DNA of 64,000 nucleotides from Amphiscolops sp. MND2022 (taxonomy: Eukaryota). Shown in pieces: positions 29,095-42,660 of this stretch (its first letter is position 1; every line of letters starts with the position of its first letter). The notes under the pieces are model-generated. The model was not told where the DNA came from, made no database searches, and was given only the letters and a program-made list of their open reading frames with translations. The translations under genes and the position numbers were made by a program. The DNA lies in the NCBI GenBank assembly GCA_964187785.1, contig OZ076409.1, forward strand, positions 72,170,001 through 72,234,000, read 5' to 3'.

Positions 29095-30365
29095 GTGGCC
29101 GCGTCTTTTAGATGGACTTTTAGCCCTGAGGCGCGGGTAGGGTCCTGCGCCGAGCTGGTGAAAATATACTACGTCCAAATCGCCCGTTCCGGAAACGATC
29201 TCGAAAACTGACCGTTAGAAATTCCTGAAAATTTGCATGTGGCCCCCAATTGGCGAGCAATGAAAAAGTGTAGGAGGTCATTTTTCCCAAATTCCACTGT
29301 GAGACGAGATATATGAAAAAAACGGACCCCAAAATGACGGAAATTTCACTTTTTGACCATTAATGGGACATTATCTCCCCAGACAAGGCTCGGAGCAAAA
29401 TTTGTCAGAACCCAAACCTGCAGCAGACTGTTAGAGCAGTACACACAGTAATTTTGAAAGAAATCCGATAATCACATGTTGAGAAATTGACGTTTTTCCG
29501 GCGAAATTTCTAGCAAATGCAGTCTATCTCTGCCGTTTTTTGCCCAAAATTTTTCCGAGACACTCGCCTAAAGGCCTCCCCTGGCCGGTTTACCTCCCAA
29601 AAAAACCATTTGGCCCTAAATACGAGGTTTCAGCGTTCTAGCTTTTCCCAGTAAAAAGTTATGGGACTTAGAAGTTTTTCAAAACTTTTCAAAATTTTTC
29701 TAAAAAAGTTCAGGCCGCCCAAAGTGAAGAAACTTCCACACAACTAGTATTGCAAGTGAATGCATGTGGAAAGCCCTGCACTTGACGAGAAAAATGCCGT
29801 TTAGAACGTCTTTTTATCTCAACTTGATGTTGACTTATGATCTTTTGAGTAGCGTATAACACGTGATCACAGTAGTGAAAACCCTAATTTTCAAAAATTT
29901 TCGAACAATAACGCATGAAAAGAACCTGGAAAAGGTTCCGATGGGTCAGTTGGGATGTCTGAAGCTTGTGTACATTCCCGTAGTGTATAGCGGATGTATT
30001 TGGGACTTATTAGAAATTGTGATATGTTTTATACAAGTCTTTGTTTCTCTTAGAATCTTATGCAGTTGAGTACATTCCATCTCCCTCTCAGGGGAGATGT
30101 GAATGTACGTTTGTCAAATGCCTTGTATATTTCACATCTTTGATGGATTCAAATAACTAAACAAGTGTGATTTGCGTTTGCCGAACCACTGCGACAAAAT
30201 ACCCTAAATCTATAGCGAGATTGTATGGTTTTTGTCTTTAGTGTTTCGTCTTGTGTAGCCGACTTCCACATCCAAATATCAACGCCCGCCGTCCGTAGGC
30301 ATGCCGAGGCATGCCTTTCGACGACGTATGCCAAATACCCAATGCCACGCTGTCATTATCGCTAG
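29095..30365 (+). repeat. Family E unit (1271 bp), diverged from the pair at 61298-63860
   Basis: Shares GTGGCCGYGTCTTTT, TTTTCCCAAATTCCACTGTGAGA and CCTAAAGGCCTCCCCCTGGCCG with those units; type II hairpin 30070-30108. Confidence 0.88.
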
Positions 30366-31435
30366 GTGGTCAAGGGGGATGCCCATCAGAAAATATTGCG
30401 AGGCCGGGGAGGGTCCCGAGAGCCGAGCACATTCTATCAATTCCTACCTTCAGGATTGCGAAGTATTTTAACCGATCTCGAAATTCACCCGTAGGATTTG
30501 TCTGAAACTTTGCATGTCGCTTTATCTCACAAATTTAAGAATTTTTTTCTGCTGACGTTTTTCCAGGAAAATTCATTTTGTAGGGTTTTTTTGCGTTTTT
30601 TTGGTTTTTTTCATCTTTTTTCATCTTTGATTAATCAATGACCAAATCAAAGGCCATTTTCACCATGGAGGAAAGCCCGTAGCGGCAAAGTGCACTTTTA
30701 TGAAAATCATCAACGGTCAACGGTCTTTCGAACGGTCCGAAAAAATTTCCCCCCGGGGGAAACCAAAGTGCCGAAAAGTGCCAAAATTATTTTTTTGACT
30801 GAATCACTTTGATCAAATTGATGATTTGAGCAGCCGGAACGGTCCGCACGGTCTCGGACAATAAGGTCAAAAATTGTCAGCATCCAATGGGGGTTCCAAA
30901 AATGTAATTCGTTCACCTGTAGGAGACATCAGAAAAAAGTTGATTTTTTGGGGTATATGTCATTATGAGTGATTGGATGAGAAATAATTGTATCACTTTC
31001 AGTTGGATATGATGCAGCACAGGAAGCAGCTGCAGCAAACTTGAAACTGATTATGGGGCTGGGGTTTACCCTCTGTATCGAGCAAAATAGCCCTAGGGCA
31101 TAAGTTGTGCCAAAAAATGCCTCAAAGTGATGATTTGGTTATTGCAAATCGATCAGCAAAATTTATTGTCACCGGTGTTCCGAGAGTTGCGCAGCATCTC
31201 GCAGGAACAACGGTGCTTGCTTAGAAAGCAAAAAACCACAAAATCCCTTGAGTTAAGTTGACGGCAGTCACCATAGACATTCACTCGTCAGGGTGATGAT
31301 ATTTATCGTTCAATCCCAGAATAACTTACAAAAAATTGCTAGCCTCAATATTTCTTTTTCATACTCCATTAGCAAAGGTTGCGCTGTTAAGTTTAGGCCT
31401 TTTACTAGCAGTGCTCTAAATCGCTCCATCGCTAG
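30366..31435 (+). other. Unit F (1070 bp): single-copy segment with a head module but no terminal arm
   Basis: Bounded by GCTAGGTG at 30361 and 31431. The head resembles other families; I see no 20-bp palindrome and no type I or II hairpin. Confidence 0.8.
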
Positions 31436-32714
31436 GTGGTCGTTAGCATGGGATTTTCTTTATGAGCGTAGTCCACTTTTTTTAGGCCGGGGTAGGGTCC
31501 CGGGCCGTTACCAATTTCTTACGGAGGAAAAATGTGAAAATCTGCGAGTTTAAAAAATTGGCCCGTACGATTTGGCTGAAAATTGGCATACAGCATCGTC
31601 TTGGGAAACAAATGACTTTGTCCCAGTGTCATTTTGCCCAGAAAATTCAAAAAGTTGGTCAAATTGAAAATTTTTTGACCGTCCAAGGCAAAAATTTGAC
31701 ATTTTCGCTTTTTTTGGCCAATTTTCTCAGAATTGGTTGATTTTGGTGCAGTGAGTCATAAGAGGTTATAAGGTCTGCAAGTAGCCATCAATCGGCTTGC
31801 ATAATCAGATTTTGTCAAAAGTGTTTAGTTTTTTCAAAAATTCACACTTTTTTTTTATTTCAGTGTTTTTTGATAATTTTTATTGAATTTTTTCTAAGTT
31901 TCACTAAATTTTTTAAAAATGTTTTAAAACACTTTTTTTGCACGTTTTTGATGTTTTTCGCTCTCCCATATAGGTTTTCGCATACGGGGAAACTGAATCT
32001 GGCAACGAAATAACTTTATTCTGCAGTTCAACTTTCGCCATTTTTAATTGTTGAAAAATCACTCATTTTCAACCTAACGAGTGAAAATATCAGAATTTAA
32101 AAACATAAAGTTGAGTTTAAGGAGACTTACAGGTGGAAACAAATGCTCAGAAACAAATAGATTTCTTGTATTAGCCAAAGAAAGCCTTTAAAATTCTTTT
32201 TACTTTCTTTAAATCAAATTTCAACTATTTTCAAGAAATTTGGCAGTGAAAAAAATTTATAAATTTTAAATTAAAAAAAACTTGCTTTGTTGGTCATTTC
32301 CGTTTGTCATTATTAGCTGTGTAATTCACCAACACGTTTCAAGTTATTTTGACCCAATTTGAAAATTTTTGATACTGCATAATCTATCCGAGAGAACGAA
32401 ACAGTTGTGTACATTCCATCTCCCTCCTGGGGGAGATGAGAATGTACTTGCCAAAGTCCAGGTACTACAGACCATATTTGTTTTTATGCGACGCCGTCTA
32501 TACTAATGCACATGAATACAAATTGTTTGTCTGAATTTGACTTCTGACTTGACGTATGCTGTACGTTTGATACTGACAATACCCATCATATACATAACAA
32601 GCGTCAACGCCACATACCCTTACCAACGCCCATAGTCCGTAGGCATGCCGAGGCATGCCTTTCGACGACGCGCGCCAAACACAAGCGCGCCCGCACTTTT
32701 GCGGTAGCAGCTAG
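31436..32714 (+). repeat. Family D unit (1279 bp)
   Basis: Collinear with 15104-16382; type II hairpin 32409-32447. Confidence 0.92.
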
Positions 32715-35700
32715 GTGGGCGGGGGTAATTCCCCAACAAAAATTACGGCCGGCGGGTTGGGTCCTGCCGGACGTTCAAATAGCGCGAAGCATCTAGTAGA
32801 AAACAAGGAGTCCTGAAACAGCGATTTTAAAATTGAACCGTTAGAATTTGGTTTTAGATTGCATGCGGCCCTAAAATCCCCATACGAATGGAAGTTCCTG
32901 CTGGCGTTAAGCGATTGAAATAATATATAAAAAGTTATGGCCCATTTTTGGGTCACCGAGAAGGTCAAAATGAAGAAAATTTTAACTAAGTTGCTGATAA
33001 CTCAAAATGTGTTAATTTTTGGACTTTGACTGTGAAACAAGCTTGGAACCTTCATTTCGTGGCTGTGGCATTGCACTGAACACAAAAGATGTAAAGTTTT
33101 CACATTTTTTGAAAATTCGACATTTTTGAATTTTTTTTCACTACTATCAGTACACTATATGTCAAAAACACCTCTGAAAACTTTTTTTATTTGCTTAAAT
33201 TTAGAAACCTCGGTATCCACGGTTTCCGTCAGTACCTACTCGCTGCCAAACACTCAACAGTTTGCATCCAATGTGAAAATAAAATTTTTTTCGAGGTCTT
33301 AGGTGTTTCACAAGGATTTCTCAACTTAGTATCAATTTACAAATTGGTCATTTTGAACACATTATTTTCATCGAAGCGTGTCATATACCGCCCTAATGCT
33401 CACGAACGGGCCTACTGGCAACGTTGGAACCATTTATAGTAATAAAAAGTTTTAAAAAAATTTTTCACCCCGTCTTCAGTCATTTTACACACTTTCGGAA
33501 CTTAACTTAGAAAAATTTCAACCAAAAACCCATTTTTTTTCAAGTCGAAAATTCAAATTCAGCTTTTTAAGCAAAATAAATAAATCTGACATAACCAGTG
33601 GGGCCCATGAAACTCAAAACCACGATTGAGACTGGTATCAATGGCTCCAATAACATTTGAGTCGCGATAAGACGCTATTTTGAGCAAAAAATCTCAATTG
33701 AGGTAAAGATCTCGCAAGCCAGCGATCACTGTGAAATGTGATTTCATCAAAAATTTACTCTTTTTTGTCAATCACTATGTGCACAGAATGCGTAGGGTGC
33801 GTTTCAGCACTATAATGAGGTTTTTGAAGGCATCGAGTTGCTCAAGGGGTGGTATGAGACATTTTTGTCCCATATACTACTGTAGTTTCCAAAATTTTTA
33901 CCCCAATATCTGGAAATACAAACTTGACAAAATACTTTCAACTACTTTATTCAAAGGTTACAATATAGATGAACACTGTGGTTGATAAGAAACTTTCATC
34001 TCTTTCGTTTTCGGAAATATTTCCGTTCGCATGTGTTACATTCATAGCAGAAAAAAAAATCGAAAATGAAAAATACGCTATTTTGCTAATATAGAATCGC
34101 AATGATTGTGCCTAAAAACTCTTTAAACACTTCTAACGCAACCTTACGCACCCAAAATGATCGAAAATGCTATTCACAATGGTGACATGTGCTCTTTCTA
34201 CGATCCTGGCTGGACAAGGTTTGCATATTTTTCAAGTACCTGTCAGCTAAATCTTGTGATAGCCTTTTCAGTTGGCCTTGTGTCAACTTGGGAAGGCTAT
34301 CACATCAAAAAACCATCAACAAAAATAATTTTTGTTTATTGGATCTTACAGTCGATACTTTTTTTCGTGATTCTATACTACCGTTAGTATATTTCATCAG
34401 GTCACCTTACGATTGCATTCAGTCTTTGATAAAAACCTATGAACTCAAAGTCACATTTATATATTTTTTTGCCAGAAAATAACATCAAAAATATCTAAAA
34501 TATATAAAATAGAGTCTTTAACATTTTTACGTTTCAAGTTTTTGCCGTTATTAGGCCAATCAACGTCCTAGAGCCACATCCTGCCACATACTGTACAACG
34601 CCACATAGTGTTGCGACGTGCACAGTCTGTGGGCATGCCGAGGCATGCCCTTCGACGACGTATGCCGAATACCGCGGGCCTACGCCCGCGCTCCCCGGCT
34701 AGGTGGGCGGGGGTAATTCCCCTTCAAAAAATTCGGCCGGCGGGTTGGGTCCTGCCGGACGTCAAATAGTGTGAAACATCCAGTAGGAAACGGCGACATA
34801 AATCAGCGATTTTAAAATTTAACCGTTAGAATTCGGACTTGGAGTGCATGCGGCCCCAAAATTCCCATACGAATCGAAGTTCCTGCTGACGTTAAGCGAT
34901 AAAAACATTTTATAAAAAGTTATGGCCCATTTTACGTTCACCTATGAGGGTAAAATGAGGAAAATTTTTACAAAGTCGCTGATAACTCAAAATACATTGT
35001 TTTTTGGCTTTTGACTGTGAAACAAGCTTAGAACCTTCATTTCGTGGCTGTGGCATTGCACTGAACACAAAAGATGTAAAGTTTTTACATTTTTCGAAAA
35101 TTCGACATTTTTGATTTTTTTTCACTACTATCAGTACACTATATGTCAAAAACACCTCTGAAAAAAATTATTATTTGCTTAAAATTGGAAACCTTGGTAT
35201 CCATGGTTTCTGTCGGAATCTACTCGCTGCCAAACACCCAACAGTTTGCATCCAATGTGAATTTAAAATTTTTTTCGAGGTCATAAGGGTTTCACAAGGT
35301 TTTCATAACATAGTATTAAACTACAAACTGGTCATTTTCAACATAATATCTTTGTCGAGGCATGTCGGATATAGTCCTATTGCTCACGAACGGTCCTACT
35401 GGCAACGTAATAACCATTTATAGAAATGTAAAGTTATAAAAAAAATTTTTCACCCGGTCTTCAGTCATTTTTCAGTCATTCGGAACTTAACTTAGAAAAA
35501 TTTCGACCAAAATATCCATTTTTTGTCAGGTCGAAAAATCAAATTCAGATTTTTAAGCAAAATTATTAACTCTGACGTAACCCATGGGGCCCATGATACT
35601 CAAAACAACGATTGACACTGGTATCAATGGCTCCAATAACATATGAGTCGCGATAAGACGTTATTTTGAGCATTACGTCTCAATTGAGGTAAAGATCTCG

Positions 35701-38700
35701 CAAGCCAGCGATCACTGTGAAATGTAATTTCATCAAAAATTTACTCTTTTTTGTCAATCACTATGTGCACAGAATGCGTAGGGTGCGTTTCAGCACTATA
35801 ATGAGGTTTTTGAAGGCATCGAGTTGCTCAAGGGGTGGTATGAGACACTTTTGTCCCATATACTACTGTATTTTCCAAAATTTTTAGCCCAATATCTGGA
35901 AATACAAACTTGACAAAAAACTTTCAACTACTTTATTCAAAGGTTACAATATAGATGAACACTGTGGTTGATCAGAAACTTTCATCTCTTTCGTTTTCCG
36001 AAATATTTCCCTTCGCATGTGTTACATTCGTAGCAGAAAAAAAAATCGAAACTGAAAAATACGCTATTTTGCTGATATAGAATCGCAATGATTGTGCCTA
36101 AAAACTCTTTAAACACTTCTAACGCAACCTTACGCACCCAAAATGATCGAAAATGCTATTCACAATGGTGACATGTGCTCTTTCTACGATCCTGGCTGGA
36201 CAAGGTTTGCATATTTTTCAAGTACCTGTCAGCTAAATCTTGTGATAGCCTTTTCAGTTGGCCTTGTGTCAACTTGGGAAGGCTATCACATCAAAAAACC
36301 ATCAACAAAAATAATTTTTGTTTATTGGATCTTACAGTCGATACTTTTTTCCGTGATTCTATACTACCGTTAGTATATTTCATCAGGTCACCTTACGATT
36401 GCATTCAGTCTTTGATAAAAACCTATGAACTCAAAGTCACATTTATATATTTTTTTGCCAGAAAATAACATCAAAAATATCTAAAATATATAAAATAGAG
36501 TCTTTAACATTTTTACGTTTCTAGTTTTTGCCGTTATTAGGCCAATCAACGTCCTAGAGCCACATCCTGCCACATACTGTACAACGCCACATAGTGTTGC
36601 GACGTGCACAGTCTGTGGGCATGCCGAGGCATGCCCTTCGACGACGTATGCCGAATACCGCGGGCCTACGCCCGCGCTCCCCGGCTAGGTGGGCGGTAGG
36701 TTTCCCGTAGTCAAAAAAAAATTGCAGGCCGGGGTAGGGGCCCTGGCCGAGGCAAAATACCATAGAAAAGGTACCAAATTATGTGAGTTTAGAAAATTGA
36801 GCCATACAAATTCTCTGAAAATTGCTGTGTGTACCCTATCGCCCAATCTAAGAACTTTTTCCTGCTGACGTTTTGCCCTCCAAATGTTACTAATATGACT
36901 TTTTGAAAAATTTATCTCTGGTTTTTCATCAAAAATAGTGATTTTGGCAATTTTTGTGAAATATCTCTGATTGCATTAATTTTTGGACGTTGACTGTGAA
37001 ACAAGCTCGGAACCATCATTTCGTGACCATGGCAATGCACTAAACACAAAAGATGTAGAGTTTTTAAATTTTTTGAAAATTTGACATTTTTAAATTTTTT
37101 TCACTACTATCAGTACCATATATGTCAAAATAACCTCAGAAATTTTTTTTTATTTTATTTAATTTAGAATCCTTGCTATCCATGGTTTCTGTTAGTATCT
37201 ACTCGCTGCCAGAGACTCAACAGTTAGCATCGAATCTGAAATTAAAAATTTTTCGAGGTCATAGGTGTTTCACAAGGATTTCACAACATAGTCTTGTTTT
37301 ACAAATAGGTCATTTACAACATCATATTTTCATCGAGGCATGTCGGATATAGTCTTATTGCTCACGAACGGTCCTACTGGCAACGTAATAACCATTTATA
37401 GAAATATAAAGTTTTAAAAAAATCTTTTCACCCGTTCTTCAGACATTTTTCAGACATTCGGAACTTAACTTAGAAAAATTTCGTCTCAAAAACCCATTTT
37501 TCGTCAGGTCGAAATTTGAAATTCAGCTTTTGAAGCACAAATATGCACTCTGACGTAACCAGTAGGGCCAATGATACTCAACAACACCATTGAGACTGGT
37601 ATCAGTCGCTCCAAAAACATATGAGCCGTGATAAGACGTTTTTTCAACAATACTGTTCAATTGATGTAAACATCGCGGAAGCCTTGGATTACAGTGAAAG
37701 TTGATTTGAACAAAAATTTACTCTTTTTTGTCAATCACTATGTAGACAGAATGCGTAGGGTAAGTTTCAGCACTAATATGAAGATTTTGAAGGAATCGGG
37801 TTGCTCAAGGCGTGGTATGAGACACTTTTTTCTCATATACTAGTGTTTTTCAAAACCTTTTCGTTAAATATCTCGAAAAGCAAACATTAAAAAATACTTT
37901 CTGATATCTAATTTAATTCCTAGAATCTAAATGAATCATGTGGTTGATCAGAAACTCTCTGATTTAATGTTTCAAGAAAAAAATCCCTTCCCATGTTTTA
38001 TATCTGTAGCAGTAAAAAAAGTAGACGCTAAAAAATACGCTATTTTGCTAAGATTGAATTGCAATTGTTTAGCTTTAAAACTCTTTTAATACTTCTAACG
38101 CCACCTTAAGGACTCAAGATGATTGAAAATGTCAATCACAATGCTGACATGTAGTCTTTCTACGATCCTGGCTGGACAGATTTTGATTATTTTTCAAGTA
38201 CCTGTTAACTGAATCTCGTGATAGCCTTCTAAGTTGACCTTCTGCGTCAACTTGAGAAGGCTATCACTAAAATAAACTAAATTCTGATTTGTTTGTTTGT
38301 TCCTAACGTCTTTTGGTACGATCGTCTTACGGTTAGTTGGTTAAACCAGGTCGCTTATACTTCCACAATTTTTGACCACCGTCCGTGTATTCGGTTCACA
38401 CGACTTTACATTTTCAGTCGTTTGTTTTCGATAACTATCACAATGTACTGCCATTAGCGCAAAATTTATACTAGTACTTGGTTGGTTGAAATACTTAAAC
38501 AACTGTTTCCATAGTTATTCGCGGTGATGGTACAATCCGCGCGCCTACATACCTACGGCGTCTTGTCACTACAACGCCACATAGGGAAACAACGCCCATA
38601 GTCCGTAGGCATGCCGAGGCATGCCTTTCGACGACGCGCGCCAAATCTATGCGCGCCCGCACTTGTGCGGTAGCTGCTAGGTGGGCGGGGGTAATTCCCC

Positions 38701-41700
38701 AACAAAAAATTCGGCCGGCGGGTCGGGTCCTGCCGGCCGTCCAAAATCAAAATCCTCCTAGTAGAAAACGGCATGTCAAACGAGCTATTTTTTTATTTAA
38801 CCATTAGAATTTCACCATTTTTTGCATGCGGCCCTGAAATGGCCATACAAGACGAAGTTCCTGCTGACGTTTTGCGATGTAAATGTTTTATAAAAAGTTA
38901 TGGCCGATTTGTCATTCACCTAGAAGGGTAAAATGAGGAAAATTTTAACAAAGTCGCTGATAACTCAAAATGTGTTAATTTTTGGACTTTGACTGTGAAA
39001 CAAGCTTGGAACCTTCATTTCGTGGCTGGGGCATTGGACTGAACACAAAAGATGTAAAGTTTTTACGTTTTTTGAAAATTCGACATTTTTGAAATTTTTT
39101 TCACTACTATCAGTACCCCATATGTCAAAAACACCTCAGAAAAAAATTTTTATTTGCTTTAAATTGGAAACCTTGGTATCCATGGTTTCTGTCGGAACCT
39201 ACTCGCAGCCAAACACCCAACAGTTTGCATCCAATGTGAAAATAAAAATTTTTTCGAGGTCATAAGCGTTTCACAAGGATTTCTCAACTTAGTATTAATT
39301 TACAAAATGGTCATTTTGAACATAATATTTTCATCGAGGCTTGTCGGCTATAGCCTTAATGTTCTAGAACGGTCCCACTGGCAACGTAGCAACCATTTAT
39401 AGTAATAGAAAGTTTTAAAAAAATATTTTCACCCGAGCTTCAGTCATTTTTCAGTCATTCGGAACTTAACTTAGAAAAATTTCGACCAAAATACCCATTT
39501 TTTGTCAGGTCGAAAAGTCAAATTCAGTTTTTTAAGCAAAATTATTAACTCTGACGTAACCCATGGGGCCCATGATACTCAAAACAACGATTGACACTGG
39601 TATCAATGGCTCCAATAACATATGAGTCGCGATAAGACGTTATTTTGAGCAATATGTCTCAATTGAGTTAAAGATCTCGCCAACCAGTGATCACTGTGAA
39701 ATGTAAATTCATTAAAAATTTACTCATTTTCGTCAATCACCATGTGCACAGAGTGCGTAGGGTGAGTTCCAGCACTATTATGAGGTTTTTGAAGGCATCG
39801 GGTTGCTCAAGGGGTGGTATGAGACATTTTTTTCCTATATACTACTGTATTTTCCAAAAGTTTTAGCCCATTATCTGGAAAAACTAACTTGACAAAATAC
39901 TTTCAATAACTTTATTCAAAGGTTACAATGTAGATGAACCCAGTGGTTAATCAAAAATTTTCATCTCTTTCGGTTTCCGAAATAATTCCCTTCGAATGTG
40001 TTACATTTGTAGCAGGAAAAAAACCGAAACTAAAAAATACGCGATTTTGCTGAGATAGAATTGCAATGGTTGCCCCTAAAATCTCTTTAAATACTTCTAA
40101 CGCGACCTTATGGACCCAAAATGATTGAAAATGCCATTCACAATGCTGACATGTGCTCTTTCGACGATCCTGGCTAGACAAGTTTTGCATATTTTTCAAG
40201 TACCTGTTAACTGAATTTTGTGATAGCCTTTTAAGTTGGCCTTGTGTCAACTTGGGAAGGCTATCACATCAAAAAACTTTCATCAAAAATACTTTTTGTT
40301 TATACAATAATGTAGTCGATAGTTATTTTCGTGATTTTACACTACCGTTAGTACCTTCCGCCAGGTCAGCTGACGATTGCATGCTGTCTTTGATAAAAAC
40401 GTATGAACACCAAGAAAATTTTGTTGTATTTTTGTTGAAGAAAAGTATTAATAAATAATAAAAATATAATTCTAACCTTAAACAACTATAAATTTGCTTA
40501 ACCGTTATTAGTCCTACCACCTATCATCAGCCTATGCCATGGCCCGGTGATTAGTAGTACAACGCCACATAAAGTAGCGACGCCCGCAGTCTGTGGGCAT
40601 GCCGAGGCATGCCCTTCGACGACGTATGGCAATTTTAGCGTAGCCCGCGGTCACTACCGCGGTAGCAGCTAGGTGGGCGGGGGTAATTCCCCAACAAAAA
40701 TTACGGCCGGCGGGTTGGGTCCTGCCGGACGTTCAAATAGCGCGAAGCATCTAGTAGAAAACAAGGAGTCCTGAAACAGCGATTTTAAAATTGAACCGTT
40801 AGAATTTGGTTTTAGATTGCATGCGGCCCTAAAATCCCCATACGAATGGAAGTTCCTGCTGGCGTTAAGCGATTGAAATAATATATAAAAAGTTATGGCC
40901 CATTTTTGGGTCACCGAGAAGGTCAAAATGAAGAAAATTTTAACTAAGTTGCTGATAACTCAAAATGTGTTAATTTTTGGACTTTGACTGTGAAACAAGC
41001 TTGGAACCTTCATTTCGTGGCTGTGGCATTGCACTGAACACAAAAGATGTAAAGTTTTCACATTTTTTGAAAATTCGACATTTTTGAATTTTTTTTCACT
41101 ACTATCAGTACACTATATGTCAAAAACACCTCTGAAAAATTTTTTTATTTGCTTAAATTTAGAAACCTCGGTATCCATGGTTTCCGTCAGTACCTACTCG
41201 CTGCCAAACACTCAACAGTTTGCATCCAATGTGAAAATATAATTTTTTTCGAGGTCATAGGTGTTTCACAAGGATTTCTCAACTTAGTATCTATTTACAA
41301 ATTGGTCATTTTGAACACATTATTTTCATCGAAGCGTGTCAGATACCACCCTAATGCTCACGAATGGGCCTACTGGCAACGTTGGAACCATTTTTAGTAA
41401 TAGAAAGTATTAAAAAATATTTTCACCCGGTCTTCAGTCATTTTACACACTTTCGGAACTTAACTTAGAAAAATTTCAACCAAAAACCCATTTTTTGTCA
41501 AGTCGAAAATTTAAATTCAGCTTTTTAGGCAAAATAAATAAATCTGACATAACCAGTGGGGCCCATGAAACTCAAAACCACGATTGAGACTGGTATCAAT
41601 GGCTCCAATAACATATGAGTCGCGATAAGACGCTATTTTGAGCAAAACATCTCAATTGAGGTAAAGATCTCGCAAGCCAGCGATCACTGTGAAATGTGAT

Positions 41701-42660
41701 TTCATCAAAAATTTACTCTTTTTTGTCAATCACTATGTGCACAGAATGCGTAGGGTGCGTTTCAGCACTATAAAGAGGTTTTTGAAGGCATCGAGTTGCT
41801 CAAGGGGTGGTATGAGACATTTTTGTCCCATATACTACTGTAGTTTCCAAAATTTTTACCCCAATATCTGGAAATACAAACTTGACAAAATACTTTCAAC
41901 TACTTTATTCAAAGGTTACAATATAGATGAACACTGTGGTTGATAAGAAACTTTCATCTCTTTCGTTTTCGCAAATATTTCCGTTCGCATGTGTTACATT
42001 CATAGCAGAAAAAAAATCGAAACTGAAAAATACGCTATTTTGCTAATATAGAATCGCAATGATTGTGCCTAAAAACTCTTTAAACACTTCTAACGCAACC
42101 TTACGCACCCAAAATGATCGAAAATGCTATTCACAATGGTGACATGTGCTCTTTCTACGATCCTGGCTGGACAAGGTTTGCATATTTTTCAAGTACCTGT
42201 CAGCTAAATCTTGTGATAGCCTTTTCAGTTGGCCTTGTGTCAACTTGGGAAGGCTATCACATCAAAAAACCATCAACAAAAATAATTTTTGTTTATTGGA
42301 TCTTACAGTCGATACTTTTTTTCGTGATTCTATACTACCGTTAGTATATTTCATCAGGTCACCTTACGATTGCATTCAGTCTTTGATAAAAACCTATGAA
42401 CTCAAAGTCACATTTATATATTTTTTTTGCCAGAAAATAACATCAAAAATATCTAAAATATATAAAATAGAGTCTTTAACATTTTTACGTTCCAAGTTTT
42501 TGCCGTTATTAGGCCAATCAACGTCCTAGAGCCACATCCTGCCACATACTGTACAACGCCACATAGTGTTGCGACGTGCACAGTCTGTGGGCATGCCGAG
42601 GCATGCCCTTCGACGACGTATGCCGAATACCGCGGGCCTACGCCCGCGCTCCCCGGCTAG
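32715..42660 (+). repeat. Five family A units (32715-34702, 34703-36688, 36689-38680 divergent, 38681-40672, 40673-42660)
   Basis: Junctions 32710, 34698, 36684, 38676, 40668 and 42656; lengths 1986-1992 bp. Confidence 0.92.
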
